Source: Rebecca billardiae RCC1528 | Lineage: Eukaryota; Protista; Haptophyta | DNA: 64,000 bases | Direction of reading: 5' to 3' | Assembly (NCBI GenBank): GCA_965240325.2 | Contig: OZ251245.1 | Span: 1,302,001-1,366,000, forward strand | Part shown: positions 33,589-47,700 of the stretch, piece after piece | Numbering within the stretch: position 1 is the stretch's first letter | How the letters are laid out: each line of letters starts with the position of its first letter | The notes under the pieces: model-generated | The model's input: only the letters and a program-made list of their open reading frames with translations | Told to the model about the DNA's origin: nothing | Databases searched by the model: none | Position numbers and translations under genes: made by a program

Positions 33589-36500
33589 TCAGCCGCACAG
33601 CGCGGCCGGGCAGGGCGGGAGGCCTCCCAGCCCGCCAAAGAGAAGGTCGCGCGAGCCGCTGCGCCCGGCGGCACGCGCCAGCATGCGCTTGGCGGCGCTG
33701 ACGAGCGTGCGCGCGCGCTCCGCCTTGCGCCCCGCTTGCTCGCGCCCCTCGCGCGCCCGCGCGCCGCCGCCGCCGCCCGAGCGTCCGGCGCCCGCCCTGG
33801 AGGCGCGGCGCGACGCGCGGGTTGCAGCGGTGCGCAGCTCGTCCTCGTCCGCGGGCAGCTCGAGGCTCTGGCTGAGCGCGCGCCTGCCGCGCCGCGCCGA
33901 GTTGCCGAGCTCGGACGGCTGCGGGCAGTAGCAGTCGACGCCGAGCACGAGGGCGGGCGGCGGGCTCGGCGAGGGCGGCGCCGAGGGTGGCGCCGATGGC
34001 GGCTGCGTAGAGAAGAGCCGCGGCTCCGCGAGCACGGTGGCGTTGAGCGCGGCGGAGAGCTCGGCGGTCGACACGCCGCTCAGCTTGGCCTGCACGTCCT
34101 GGTCCGCCGCCGTCTGCAGCACCTCCACCACCACCTGCACCGAGCCCGAGGTGACCAGCACCACGCGCACGCGCGAGGCGGGCACGCCCAGCAGGGTTGC
34201 GAACGAGAGCGCCAGCGCCGCCTGCCGCTGCGGCGTGAAGTCCTCGAGTGCGCCGTCCAGCTGCACCTCGATGCGGTACAGCACGCCCGGCGGCGGCGGC
34301 GGGCTGGGCGGCGGCGGCGGGCTGGGCGGCGGCGCGGGCGGCGGCGGCGAGGGCGGCGGCGGGCTGGGCGGCGGGCTGGGCGGCGGCGAGGGCGGCGGCG
34401 GCGAGGGCGGCGGGCTCGGCGGCGGCGGGCTCGGCGGTGGGCTGGGCGGCGGGCTGGGCGGCGGGCTGGGCGGCGGGCTCGGCGGCGGCGGGCTGGGCGG
34501 CGGGCTTGGCGGCAGGCCTGGCGGCGGGCTTGGCGGCGGGCTCGGCGGCGGGCTGGGCGGCGGGCTGGGCGGCGGGCTGGGCGGCGGGCTCGGCGGCGGC
34601 GGGCTCGGCGGCGGGCTCGGCGGCGGGCTCGGCGGCGGAGACGGCGGCGGGCTCGGCGGCGGCGGAGACGGCGGCGGGCTCGGCGGTGGGGAGGGCGGCG
34701 GGCTGGGCGGCGGGCTGGGCGGCGGGCTGGGCGGCGGGCTGGGCGGCGGCGACGGTGGCGGGCTCGGCGGCGGCGGGCTCGGCGGCGGGCTCGGCGGCGG
34801 GCTCGGCGGCGGGCTCGGCGGCGGGCTCGGCGGCGGTGGGGAGGGCGGCGGAGACGGCGGCGGGCTCGGCGGCGGCGTCGGAGGAGGGCTCGGCGGCGGC
34901 GAGGGCGGCGGGCTCGGCGGCGACGAGGGCGGAGGGCTCGGTGGCGGCGAGGGCGGCGGGGTCGGCGGCGGGCTCGGCGGCGGCGATGGTGGTGGGCTCG
35001 GCGGTGGCGGGCTCGGCGGTGGCGACGGTGGTGGCGAGGGCGGCGGCGAGGGCGGCGGCGAGGGCGGCGGCGAGGGCGGCGGCGATGGCGGCGGCGATGG
35101 CGGCGGCGATGGCGGCGGCGGGCTGGGCGGCGGGCTGGGCGGCGGGCTGGGCGGGGGCGGGCTGGGCGGCGGGCTCGGCGGTGGGGACGGCGGCGGGGAT
35201 GGCGGCGGGCTCGGCGGCGGCGGGCTCGGCGGCGGGGATGGCGGCGGGGATGGCGGCGGGGATGGCGGCGGGGATGGCGGCGGCGAGGGCGGGCTGGGCG
35301 GCGGGAAGGGCAGCGTCCGCGGCGGCGGCGGGGGCAGCGGGGGCGGCGACGGCGGCGGCGATGGCGGCGGGCTCGGCGGCGGCGAGGGCGGCGGGCTCGG
35401 CGGCGGGCTCGGCGGCGGCGAGGGCGGCGGGCTTGGCGGCGGGCTCGGTGGCGGCGGGCTGGGCGGCGGCGATGGCGGCGGCGATGGCGGCGGCGATGGC
35501 GGCGGGCTTGGCGGAGGGCTGGGCGGCGGCGGGCTGGGCGGCGGCGATGGCGGCGGCGATGGCGGCGGCGATGGCGGCGGGCTGGGCGGCGGCGAGGGCG
35601 GCGGGCTCGGCGGCGGCGGCGAGGGCGGCGGCGAGGGCGGCGGTAACGGCGGCGGCGACGGCGGCGGGCTCGGCGGCGGCGGGCTCGGCGGCGGGCTGGG
35701 CGGCGGGCTGGGCGGCGGGCTGGGCGGCGCGCTCGGCGGCGGCGAGGGCGGCGGGAACGGGTTGTTCACCTCGCTCACGCTCACCTCGTCCACCGAGGCG
35801 TTCACGCCGATGGAGGCGGTGAGCGCGCCGCTCTTCGAGGCCTGCTCGATCGTGCTCGCCAGGTCGTTGATCGCCTGTATCGACGACGCGTCAAAGCCCG
35901 ACGAGTCCTCCGACGAGAGCGTGGCGTTGGTCGCGTTGGTGCCGTTGGCGCCGGTTGGCGCCAGCGTGGTCGCGTTGAAGTCGAGGCTCTCGTCAGAGGA
36001 CTCCTCCGCCACCTGCACCTCGAAGCCGGTGACGGCCGCCGAGGCGGTGGCGTTCGAGCTGTTCGTCGCGGCGGTGCCGTTGCCCTCCTCCGCGAGCGCG
36101 CGCCGCCCGTCCGCCAGCAGCCGGCGCGCCTCCGCCAGCCGGCGGCGCGTGCCCCCCAGCTGCACGCTCACAATCTTGATGCGCGACGGCTCGATCTGCA
36201 GCAGCGTCGCGAGGTTGGCGATGATCGACTCGCCGTCGAACTCGGTGACGGGCGTGGAGAGCGTGAACGAGATCTGCACGACGAGCAGCATGCGCACGAC
36301 CAGCTCGCCCGCGCCGAGCGTGCCGCGCGGCTGCCCGCGCAGCGTGAGGAAGAAGGTGCGCTCGTGCGGGTCGAAGGCGTACGTGCCGTGCGCGTCCGCG
36401 CGCGTCGGGTAGCGCGGCGCGCCCGCGCCGCCAAAGTTGTCCGCGTCCGACGCGTCGAAGGCGTCGCCGAGGCGCTCGCCGTTGCGGAAGACGTCGAGGC

Positions 36501-39500
36501 GGAAGGGCTGGCTCAGCCGCAGCGCGATGCGCATCCCGTGCGACGGCTCGTCGTCGAAGAGCACGAAGCGGTGGTGCTTGGGCGGCGAGGCAAACATGGT
36601 GAGGTTGTACAGGTCCGTCGGTGAGACCGCCCAGCCGCGCACCTGCTCGGGCGTGGACGGCAGGCACTGGCCGTCGTACGGCCCGCGCGAGGTGGTGAAG
36701 CGCACGTCGCCCGCGCGGTCGCGCAGGCACTTGAACCGGCCGAGCTGCCGCCCCGTCTGCGAGCTCGCGATCCCCACCGCCTCCCAGCGCAGGTAGCGCA
36801 GCGTGAGGCCGGGGCACTCGAAGTAGCCGCCTCTGAACGGGCAGTCGGCGCCCTCGACGCTCGGGTCGTCCTCGCCGAGGAAGGGGCTGCCCTCGGGGAC
36901 GAGCGTGGTGCCCGGCACGCCGGAGCCGGAGAGCGAGCCGTCCGCGTCGACGAGGAACATCTGCGTCACCCCGTCGCACTCGCCGCCCGGGCCGCACTGC
37001 CGCATCGAGTTGGTGGGCGCGCCGGCGTGCCGGCCGAGCGCGAGCCTCGCGCCCTGCTGCGCGCTCGGCAGCCACACGACCTCGGAGAAGCGGTTGGGGA
37101 AGTTGATGTCGGAGGAGGTGGGGTTGTACGTGAACGCGGCGGAGGGCGTGCCGCAGTCGTCCGCCGCGAAGTGGCCGAACGTCACCCGCTCCCACACCGC
37201 CTCCGAGTAGCGCGCGGCGACGGTGCCGATCCGGTGCTCCCACGGCATCACGCATTCCTTCACGGGCGTGTTGGGCGGCCGGCACAGCGCGATCTTCGGG
37301 TTGCCCTCGCACAGCTTGGCGAGCGCGTTGACCATGTGCGCGAGGACGCCGACGCGGCGGAACGTGCCCCCGATCACCGAGTTGCACGTCGCGCCGACGA
37401 TCTGCTCGTAGCTCTCGATGTCGCCGACCGCGCGGCACTCGGTCGAGGCGGCGCACGTCGACGCGGCCGTCGAGCCGAGCACCGTCAGGTTGGAGTAGTA
37501 CACGCGGTGCTTCACGTCGGTCGGGTCGGGGCGGTGGAAGTTGAGCGAGACGCCGATGTGGTTGTCCGCGACCGCGACGTCCGCGAGGCGCAGCCGCGCG
37601 TTCTGGTCCACGCTGAGCACGCCGACGTGCGCCGCCTTCCACACGACGAAGCCGCGCGCGTGCGCGCACTGCGCGCACGCGCTCGCGCGCGGGCACGCGC
37701 GCAGGATGAAGAGCCCGACGAGGGTGCCCACCGCCTCGTTCGTCTCGTCGGCGTCGAGCGGCCCGCCGTCGGGCGCGTCGCACCGCGCCGCGAGCTGCGG
37801 CCGCACCGTGAACCCGCCGTCCGTCGAGCCCGCCGCCACGTTGCCCGTGAGCTCGGCGGGGCGTCGCTCGAGCATGAAGGCGGAGAACTGACGCACCCAG
37901 TCGGACGGCTGCGACGGGTGGATGAGCGTCTGCATCGCCGCGTTGCGCCGCACGCGGACGCGGTCGTCGAGGGAGCGGCCCTGCACCCACAGCGCCGAGC
38001 GGTACGTCTCGTGGAACACGCAGTCCTCCACGAGCACGTCCGACACGCCGTCCATCCACACCGCGCCCGACTGCGCCTGCGAGACGACCACGCGGCGCAG
38101 CGCCGACTCGTGCCCGCCGCCCGCCGCGAGCCCGACCGACGCGCCGAGGTACGCGAAGCGGACGGCGGGGAGCTCGTGGTCGCGCTTGCCGAGCCGGACG
38201 AGCTCGACGTCCGAGAAGTTCGCCACGCCGGCCGACTGCCCGTCCAGCGTGCCGCCCACGTAGATGTGCCCGCCGAAGCTCGCGTCGGGCTCGAGCGTGC
38301 GCACGGCCACGTTGGACCAGCCGCCGACCAGCGCGACGGGCGCGCCGAGGTGCAGCCCGTGCGGCCAGTGCGCCGAGTCGGAGGGCGCCATCACCTGCCC
38401 GCCGAAGTGGCGGTGCGCGAGCGCCGCGTCGATCTGCACGCTCGTCGTGTCGCTCGCCGCGTCGTACTCGGGCGCCGCCACGAGCCGCACCGTCTCGGCG
38501 TCGGTGGTGGCGGGCGGCTGCGGGAACTCGGTCGCGCCGATCGCGATCAGCGCGTCCGCGCGCCACGCGCTCAGGTTGCCGCGGAGCACGAGCTGCGTGG
38601 CGCCGACGTCGGCGGTGGCGGCGAGGCGCGTCCACGGCTGCGCGTCGAGCCGCGTCCCCGCCGCGTGGAACGAGCCGAGCACGCCCACCACCTTCTTGAG
38701 CGCGTCGAAGCCGCCCTCGTGCAGGCTGACCGAAACATCGTCCGGCCCGCCCCACAGCGAGAGTGAGGCCGACGCGTTCGGCGGCATCGGCTCGAGCGGC
38801 GAGCCGAGGTGGAGCTCGCCGTAGACGAGGACGGAGCGCGCGGTGAGCGACGTGTGGTTCCCCGTGTCCGCGTGCAGCCGCGCCCCCGCGAAGATCGTCA
38901 CCCAGTTGAGCGCGGGCGTGTGCACGTCGAGCAGCACCGAGTCTGCGCCGCTCAGGTACACGTTGTCGCCCGCAGCGGGCAGCCGGCCCAGCTCCTCGTC
39001 GGAGGCCTGCAGCCGGCGCGCGAGCGTGCGCCGCGCGGCGTAGGCGAGGCGCGGGCTGCGCCCGCCCAGCGCGGCGCGCACGTTGCGCGCCGCGCGCTCC
39101 GCCGACGCCTGCGAGAGGCTGCGGCTGCGGCGGCCGCGGCGGCCGCGCCGCGCTGCGCCGCCGCCGCCGTCGCCGTCGCCGTCGTCGTCGTCGCCGCAGC
39201 CGCCGAGGTACTGGCAGTCGTCGTCGGAGAGGGGGCCGCAGTCGTAGAGCGCGGCGCCTGGGTACTGCTTGACACAGCGCCAGATCTCCGCGTCCGACCA
39301 GCGGCGGAACGGCGGCAGCGGCCCCGGCGGCGGCGGCGGCGGGATGGGGCAGCCCTCGACGGGGCAGAGGCGCGCGTGCAGCTGCGTGCTCAGCTGCGCC
39401 TCTCGCGCGCCCTTCTCCGAGACGACGGTCGTGAGGCGCCCGCCGACCTGCCCGACGTCGGGCTGCTTGGAGAACTCGTCCTGGACGTAGTAGTCGCTCA

Positions 39501-42500
39501 TGTTCATGTAGTTCCCCTCGCACGCCGCCTGCGCCGGCGCGGTGAGGTTGGTGAAGCGCGCGCACTCGTGCGCCCACAGCTTGAGCGCGTGCTGCCCAAA
39601 CCGGTCGCGGTCCTGGTCCGGCTCGCGGTCGAGCGCGGCGCCCGCGCTCGAGTCGAAGTGGTGGCGGTACTCGGAGTAGTTGAGGTGCAGCGTGGCGCGC
39701 TCGATCGTCGGCCGCGCGATCGTGCCGTTGCCCTCCGCCCAGCCGTGCGCCTCGAAGACGTACGGGCGGACCGACCAGCTGAGGCGCAGCTGCCGCCAGT
39801 CCGTCACGTCGTCCACGCGCAGGTCGTACGTGTAGTTGGCGAGGGCGGGCACGCCCCACCCGCCGAACTTGGCGATGTCGTACGGGATGGCGTCGGTGCC
39901 CGCCTCGGTCGCGACGAGCAGGTCCTCGCCGTCCAGCTGGAACGGCTCGTAGTCGTTCAGCTTGAGCAGCCGCAGCCGCACCGAGCCGTCGGCGCGGCCG
40001 CACGCGATGCCGCCCGCAAACCGCGCGTCGCCCCACGCGCACACGCCGTCCGCCCAGTGGTTGAACGCGGCGTCGAAGGTGACGAAGCCGTTGGGGTGGC
40101 CGGTGAGCGTGCCGTCGAGGTCCCAGAAGATCCCCGCCTTGCCCGCCGGCGACGTCGTGCGCACGCTCGAGTTGACCCACGCCGTGCGCTCGTAGCGCAT
40201 CGTGCACATGTTGTCGTTGCAGCCGGACAGCACGGGCGTGTCGAAGTAGTTGGAGACGTGCAGCCCCGAGACGAGCCAGTACTCGTTGTCCTTGGGCGAG
40301 TGCACGGCGAGGCCGGCGCGCGCGACGCCCTCCACCGGGTCCACGCTGCCCACGAGCACGAGGTCCGAGAAGAACGGCTCGTCGTGCAGCCCGTTCATGT
40401 AGTGGTTGAGGTGGACCGCGCGGCCGCACTCGAGGAAGCGGTGGTCCTCGTGGTTGATGTTGCCAGATGAGTAGTAAAACATGCCCACGCCGCAGCGGAA
40501 GGCGGTGAACTTGCCAAAGTCCTTGTGCACGGGCGGCTGGTGCGGCGGGAAGAGCCGCCAGCCGAAGCCGCACAGGTGCGCCGAGTTGTTGAAGAAGTCA
40601 AAGTTCCACTGCCCCTTGCCGCCGCTCTGCACGTTGAGCTTCCAGCCGCGCGCGCAGCCGACCGCGAGGTTGGACGTGTGCACGCCGGTGAAGCCGGGGA
40701 GCCAGAAGCCCGCGGGCGTGGTGTCGTCGCCGAGCAGCAGCGGGTGCGGGATCGCCGAGACCGCCAGGTTGTTCCGGATGTCCGCGAAGTCCTCGTCGCC
40801 CGCCTCCGTGAAGAAGTTGTGCCCCGAGACGCGGTACGCGACGTTGTCTCGCACCCACGCAAAGTCGGAGCCGTGCACGACCACCGCGCGCTGGAACGTG
40901 TCGTGGTACACGTTCGAGCGCAGGTAGCCCGCGCCGTCGACGACGTCGACGTTGCGCCCGGGCGAGAGGTTGTGCCAGTGGCTCGTGTACCGGCCGAAGT
41001 TCGCCGCCTGCCCCGTGCGCGTGTACTCGACGTTGGAGACGCGCATCACGCCGCCGAAGAAGGCGCCCGTGTGCGCGCCAAACCGGTACGCAGCGCCCGC
41101 GCGCACCGACGCGTCGTCGCCGCGCACGACGACGTTGCGCTCGAGCAGCGCGACGGCGGCGCGCAGGTCGGACGGCTCGGCGCCCTCGTCGTGCCAGTGC
41201 CACACGCCCAGGTGCTCGTGCCGCAGCGGCTCGTCGAGCACGAGCGTGCGGCCGCCGTCCTCGAGCGCGCGCACGGCGCGCTCCTCGACATGCCACGCCG
41301 CGTCCGAGGGCGTCACGAGCACGCGCGCGCCGAGCGGCCAGTCGACGGGCTCGGCGAGGCGGAGGCGCGCGTCGCCGGGCGCGGCGGTCTGCACGAGCCG
41401 CGTCCACGGGTGCCGCGGCGCGCCGTGCATGTCCAGGTGCCCCACCTGCCGCACGGGGCACGGGTCTGCCGCGGAGAAGCGCACCGCGCCCTCGGCCGGC
41501 TGGCCCGACGACTGGATGGTCGGCTGGTGGCACCCGCCGTGCAGCCCGCCGAGGTTGGTCACGGCGAGCATCTTGGAGCCGATGAAGGGCAGCTCGATCG
41601 TGCTCCACCGGTCGCCGTGCAGCGTGATCGTCGCGCGGTGCGTGAACGGCTCCGCCTCCGTGCCGACGCGCAGCGTGCCGCCCGCCACCCAGATGTAGGT
41701 GGCGTCCAGGCACACGTCCGCGCGCGCAAACTCGAGCAGCCCCGAGACGAGGAGGAGGAAGAGGGTGGGCGAGGGCGCGTCGAGGAGGATGGCCTGGCCG
41801 CTCGGCACGATCACCGAGTCGCCGTCCGCGGGCATCTCCGAGTCGAGCCACGAGCGCTCGTCCGACCACAGGTCGATGTACGCAAACGCGGCCGCGGTCG
41901 GGTGCGCGAGCAGAGCGCGCCCCTTGCCGCCCACCACCACCTCCACGGACGGCTCGAAGAGCTCGGACGTGCGCGCGCCGGTGAGGCACTCGAGCGCGCC
42001 GTCGGCGGCGGAGGTGACGGCGCACGGGTACCCGTTGAGCTGCACGCTCACGCCGCCCGCCGCCGCCGCGCCGCTCAGCTCCGCGCCGCCGCCGTCGACG
42101 GGCGCGAGGCCGGCGCCGCTGATCGTGACGAGCGTGCCGCCGCGCGCGGAGCCCTGCCGCGGCGAGATCGCGTGCACCGTGGGCGTGCGCGGGAGCGAGT
42201 GGGCGAGGCGCGCGCCGATCGCCGCGCCGGCGCCGAGCCCGCCCGGCGCGTCGGCGAGCGGGTGCGACACTCCGACCAGCTCGACGGCGCAGCTCTGCTC
42301 GTCGCTCGCGGACGTGAGCACGCCGTCAAAGCGGACGCCGCGGAACAGCTCGCCCGCCGAGCGGCACGCGCCGCGCGGCAGGCGCAGGCGGAAGGCCTGC
42401 GCGACGAGCGGCGGCTCGACGCCCCACACGTTCCAGCCCACCTCGATCCCCGCGCCCGTGTCCTGCGCCGTCGAGACGTCCGCCACCGCCGTCCACGCCG

Positions 42501-44405
42501 CGGGCTCGTCAAAGTCTCCGTACTCGGCGCCCGCGCCCGCGCTCACGTTGCGAACCTCCAGCACGGCGCGCAGCGCGAGCTGCCGGCGCGCGGGGTCGAC
42601 GGCGGGGAAGAACTTGGCGGCGACGACGGTGGCGGCCTGCGCGCTCGGCAGCGTCATCGCGAACCAGCACTCCTCGTTCCGGTTGCGCCACACCGGCGGC
42701 TCCTCGCTCGTGCGCAGCTGGCGCGGCCGGTCGATGGGCGCGGTGAACGCGTCGCGCGCCAGCTCCTCCTCAAACACGTCGGCCGGCCGGTTGGTGGTGA
42801 AGGCGGCGGCGTGCGGGGCGAGGTCGGCGGGGGCGAACGCGGCGGGCAGCGCGTCGAGCAGCGCGCGCGTCGTGTGCGCCGGCGTGCGGCACGCCGCGTG
42901 CGTGCCGTTCGCCCAGAGCGGCGCGCACGGCAGGCCGCACACCGTCACGGCCGGCCCGGCCGCGCCGCCGCCCGCCGCGTCGGGCTCGGGCTCGAGCGAG
43001 TCGCCCAGGCCGGCGCCGCCGAGAACGAGCTCGAGGCCGCCGCCGTGGCCGACGTCGAGCGTGGCGTTCGGGTCCGCCGCGTGCGCGCTCGCCGCGCCCA
43101 CGTGCACCACGTCCACCGACGCGTCGATCGCGAGCGGCAGCGCGTTGCTCCAGCCGTTGGCGGCCGCCGACCACACGCGCACCGACCACTCGCCAGCGGC
43201 CGTCGAGCCGGGAGGCCGCTCGCACGCGAGGTGCGTGCCGTTCCAGCCGCCGAGCAGCGCGCACGGCAGGTTGGCGTCGGGCGTGGGCGCGTTGCCCAGC
43301 GCGACCAGCCCCGCCGGCGCCTCGCCCCACCCCGCGCCCGCGAGGCCGAGGCCGAGCGGCTCGTCCGCGCTACCGCCGCCGCCGCTGAGCGTCGAGAGAG
43401 CGCGCAGCCGCGGCGAGTGCGCGGCGCTCGAGTACGCGAAGGCGGCGCGCGCGACGGCGTGCGCGCCGTTGACGGCGGCGCGCACGTCCGCGCCCGCCGT
43501 GTACCGCGCCAGCTCCAGCCGCGTGTACACCTCGTACCCCGGCTGCGCCGTGTCGAAGTGGCACGAGTCCTCGGAGCATGAGTCGAGCGCGCACCGCATC
43601 TTCTGGCACACGCGCGGGTACGCGCGGAAGTTGACGGCGGTGCAGCGCCCGTCGGCGTCGGCCTCGCACGAGGCGATGCAGGCCTCGAGCGAGGAGGCGT
43701 CGACGTTCGAGCCGTCGTCCGACTCGCAGCCCGCGCGGAAGCCGCTCGGCGCGTTGAGCAGCGACCACGCGGGCACGGCCGCCGTGTAGCACTCCACCGC
43801 CGTGTGCGAGGCGGACTCTGCCGCGACCGCGCACGGCACGCCGCCCACCGAGACGACGGTGGGCGCGGACTCGGCGGAGGGCGCGCCCTCGCCGCCGCCG
43901 AAGCCCGAGCCCGTGAGCGTGAGCCGCGTGCCGCCGTGCCACGAGCCGCCCGGCGGGCTCACGCCGTGCACCTCGAGGCGCTGCGTAAAGGTGAACGCGG
44001 ACGCGCCCTCCACCCCGTCCGCGAGCGCCGCGCCGAGCGCCCAGCCGACGCTCGGCAGGAAGACGCCGACGGGGTGGGCGCCCGCGGCGAAGGGGCAGAG
44101 CGGCACCTTGAGCACGCCGCCCGCGCCGCCGGGCAGCAGCGTCGCCTCGCCCACCGCGCAGCGCGCGCGCCCAAAGTACACCTCCGCCGCGGCGAGCGCC
44201 GAGCCGTTGGGCCCGAGCCAGCCGCCCAGCTCGATGACCACGAGCGGCGCGCTGCCGTTGGCCGGCGCGTGCGCGCCCTCGAGCGGCGAGACGGAGAGCG
44301 CGAGCGGCGTGCGCTCCTGCTCGAAGCCGAAGCGGCACGCGCGCGCCGCGTCGCACCGCGCCGCCACGTTGTTGCGCCGCAGCTCCACCGTGCCGAAGCG
44401 CGGCA

Positions 44406-44436
<31 letters not shown>

Positions 44437-44767
44437 GGGCGAGGGCGGCGGCGGGTGCGGCGGCGGCGGCGCGGGCGGCGGCGAGGGCGGCGGCGAGGGC
44501 GGCGGCGCGGGCGGCGGCGGGCTCGGCGGCGGCGCGGGCGGCGGCGTAGGCGGCGGGCTCGGCGGCGACGGCGGCGGCGACGGCGGCGGCGACGGCGGCG
44601 GGCTCGGCGGCGGGCTCGGCGGCGGCGGGCTCGGCGGCGGGCTGGGCGGCGGGCTGGGCGGCGGCGGGCTGGGCGGCGGGCGCGGCGGCAGCGGGCTCGG
44701 CGGCGGCGGGCTCGGCGGCGGCGGGCTCGGCGGCGGCGGGCTCGGCGGGCTCGGCGGCAGCGCGGGC

Positions 44768-44798
<31 letters not shown>

Positions 44799-47700
44799 CC
44801 GAGGGCGGCGGGAGCGGCGGCGGCGGCGGCGGCGCCGAGGGCGGCGGCAGTGGCGGCGGCGGCGCGCGCGGCGGCGCGCGCGGCGGCGCGCGCGGCGGCG
44901 CGCCCGGCGGCGAGGGCGGCGGCGACACCACAATCGCCAGCGGCGGCGGCGCCGGCGGCGGGCGCGGCGGCAGCGGGCTCGGCGGCGGCGGGCTCGGCGG
45001 CGGCGGGCTCGGTGGCGGCGGGCTCGGCGGCTCGTCCTCGAGCAGGATGCGCGCGCCGAACAGCAGCTGGCGCGCGCCGCCGGCGCCGGCGCCGCCGCCG
45101 TGCGGCGCGCGCGGCGGCGGCACGGCCGCGCCGCCGCGGCCGCCCGCGCCACCCGCGGCCGCCTCGGCCGCCTCCGCCGAGGCGTCGGCGTCGGCGCGCT
45201 CGGCGCGCGCGGCGTCGGCCGCGCGCAGCCGCTCGCGCTCGCGCGCGAGCGCCACCTCGTGCGGCGCCTCGCCCGGCGGCGCGCGCTCGAGCACGCCGAG
45301 CGCGCGCGCGACCGCGTGATCGGCCGCGGCCGCGTGGTGCCGCAGCCGGCCGCGCGCGAGCAGCGCGCCCGCGAGCGCGCGCGCGTGGTCGCCGCGCGGG
45401 TCGGAGGGGGCGCCCTCGTCGACGGGCACGCCGCCGCCGTCGAGCCGCCGCCCGCGCCGCATCCCCGCCTCCGCACCCTCCTCCGCCCGCTCCAGCCGGC
45501 GCACGAAGCCCAGGTCCGCCGCGCCGCCCAGCGCGCACACGAGCTCGGTCTCGTTGCCGCGCACGGGTGCGCACGGCAGACCCTCGCCATCGTCCATGCG
45601 CACGGTCACGCTCTGCGAGCCGTCGGCGCCGTCGGGGGCGAAGCCGACGCCGCGCAGCGTGAGCTGCGTGCCGCCCGCCCGCGAGCCGAGCGCCGGGCTC
45701 GTCTCCGCCACCGCGAAGTCCGAGCTGAGCACGGCGGCGCTGGAGTTGGCCAGGCCGAGACCGCGCGAGCTGCGCCAGAGGGCCACGGCACCGCCCGAGC
45801 GCGCGGCCGGCACGGGCGCGGCGCGGATGAGCCAGCAGGTGACGCGCGTGTCCGTGCGCGTGCGCACGGCGCACGGCCGCCCGCCCACGCCGACGAGCAG
45901 CACGTCCTCCTCCGCCTCCGCCCCCGCCTCCGCCGACGCGTTCGCCCCGCGCCCGAAGCCGCCCCCGCTGAGCGTGAGCATGGTGGACACGGCCGCGGAC
46001 ACAAACGGAGGCTGCACCGCGCTCACGACGGGGGTGGCGTGCAGCGCGCGGGAGAAGGAGCCGCGCGGCGCGGCGGCGGTGGAGGGCGGCTGCGCCAGCG
46101 TGAGCGTGCCCACCACCACCGCCTCGCCGCCGGGCAGCCCCGACGCGATCGCCACGTCGAGCGCGCCTCCGGCCTCCGAGCCGTTGGGCGCGGGCGGCGT
46201 GGCGGCGGGCTGCGCTGGCAGCAGGCCGGGGACTGGCGGCGTGAGGCAGCTGAGCGCCGCCGAGCTGTTGTCCGAGAGCGCGGCGTCGAGCGCGGCGGTT
46301 GGGCCGAGGAGGTCCGCGAGCGCCCCCGGCTCGACGCACGGCACGCCGCCGAGCAGCACCCGCGCGCACGGCAGCCCACGCAGCCCGCTGCCCCGCAGCC
46401 GCAGCGCCGTGCCGCCAGCCGCCGAGCCGAGCGCCGGCTCGATCGCCTGCACCGACGCGAGGAGCTCGACCGAGAGCGGCGCGGCGGGGTCGGTGCCGCC
46501 GCGCGTGGCGGAGATGACGCGCACGGCGTGCACGCCCGCGCGCCCGTCGAGCACCGTGCAGTTCAGCGTGTGCGCGCGCCCGACGCCGCCGTCGGGCGCG
46601 GGCGGCGGCGCGCCGGGCGGCGCGCCGCCGTCGACGAGTGCGCCGCAGCTGGGCGCGCCCGGCCCCGCGCCCAGCCGGACGAGCACGGCGCCAGAGCGCA
46701 GCGCGCCGTCGACGGCGGAGGCGTTGGTCGCGTCGTCCTCGTCGAAGAGGTTGGCGACGACGAGCGAGAGCACCTCGCCCACGCGCACGCCCTGCGCCGG
46801 CGCCACCGCGAGCAGCCGCGGCGTGAGGTCCGCGCGCACCTCAAAGCTCGGGTGCTTGGCTTGCTCCGAGCCGCCGACCACGCCGAGCGTCGAGACGCAG
46901 ACGGGCGCGTGCGTACCCGCGCCGAAGCCCTCGGCGGAGCCCGGGAGCGGGCGGCGGAACCAGTCGGCGGGCACGCGCTCGATCATCAGCGCGTCCTCGT
47001 CGCCGTCCTCCAGCGTGAGCACCGCCATGCTGAAGCCCTCCCCCCGCAGTCCGGACGTGTCCAGCTGAACGCTCACGTTGCCCAGCGGCGCGCGCACGCG
47101 CACAAACACGGAGAAGGACGACCACGCGGGCCAGGCGGCCTCGGTGTCCCACGCCTCGAGCTCGAGGGCCTTGAAGTCGGACGTCCAGCCGTCGCGCTCG
47201 AACGGCCCCTCCGTCAGCCGCTCGAGCAGCGCCGACGCCGCCTTGGCGCCGGACGCCGACCAGGCGGCGCGCGCGTCGATGGGCGGCGACCACAGGCCGC
47301 CCGCCCCCACGCGGAAGCTTCCGCCCAGCGGCGCGGCCGCGCGCAGCAGCGTGATGGTGAGGCCGAGGCCGGAGCCGGGCTCGCACTTGGGCTGGCCGCG
47401 CGGCGTCGTCGCGCGCTCCACCGCGCCGAGCAGCTCCGACGCCGTCTGCACCGCGCAGCGGAACTCGACGGTCCAGCGCGCGCCCAGCCCGCCGTTGGCC
47501 GGCTCCTTGCTCACGGCAATGTCACGGCACGGCAGCACCGGCACGCACGTGCGCCGGCCGGCGGCGTCGAAGGCGAGGGCGCACGCGCCCTCGAGCAGGG
47601 CCTGCACGTCCTCCGCGCTCGCCGTCGTCGGGATCGCCACCGTCGCCGTCGAGCCCACCCCCGCCGGCCCCACCCTGACGTAGAACTGGGCGCACGCGCC

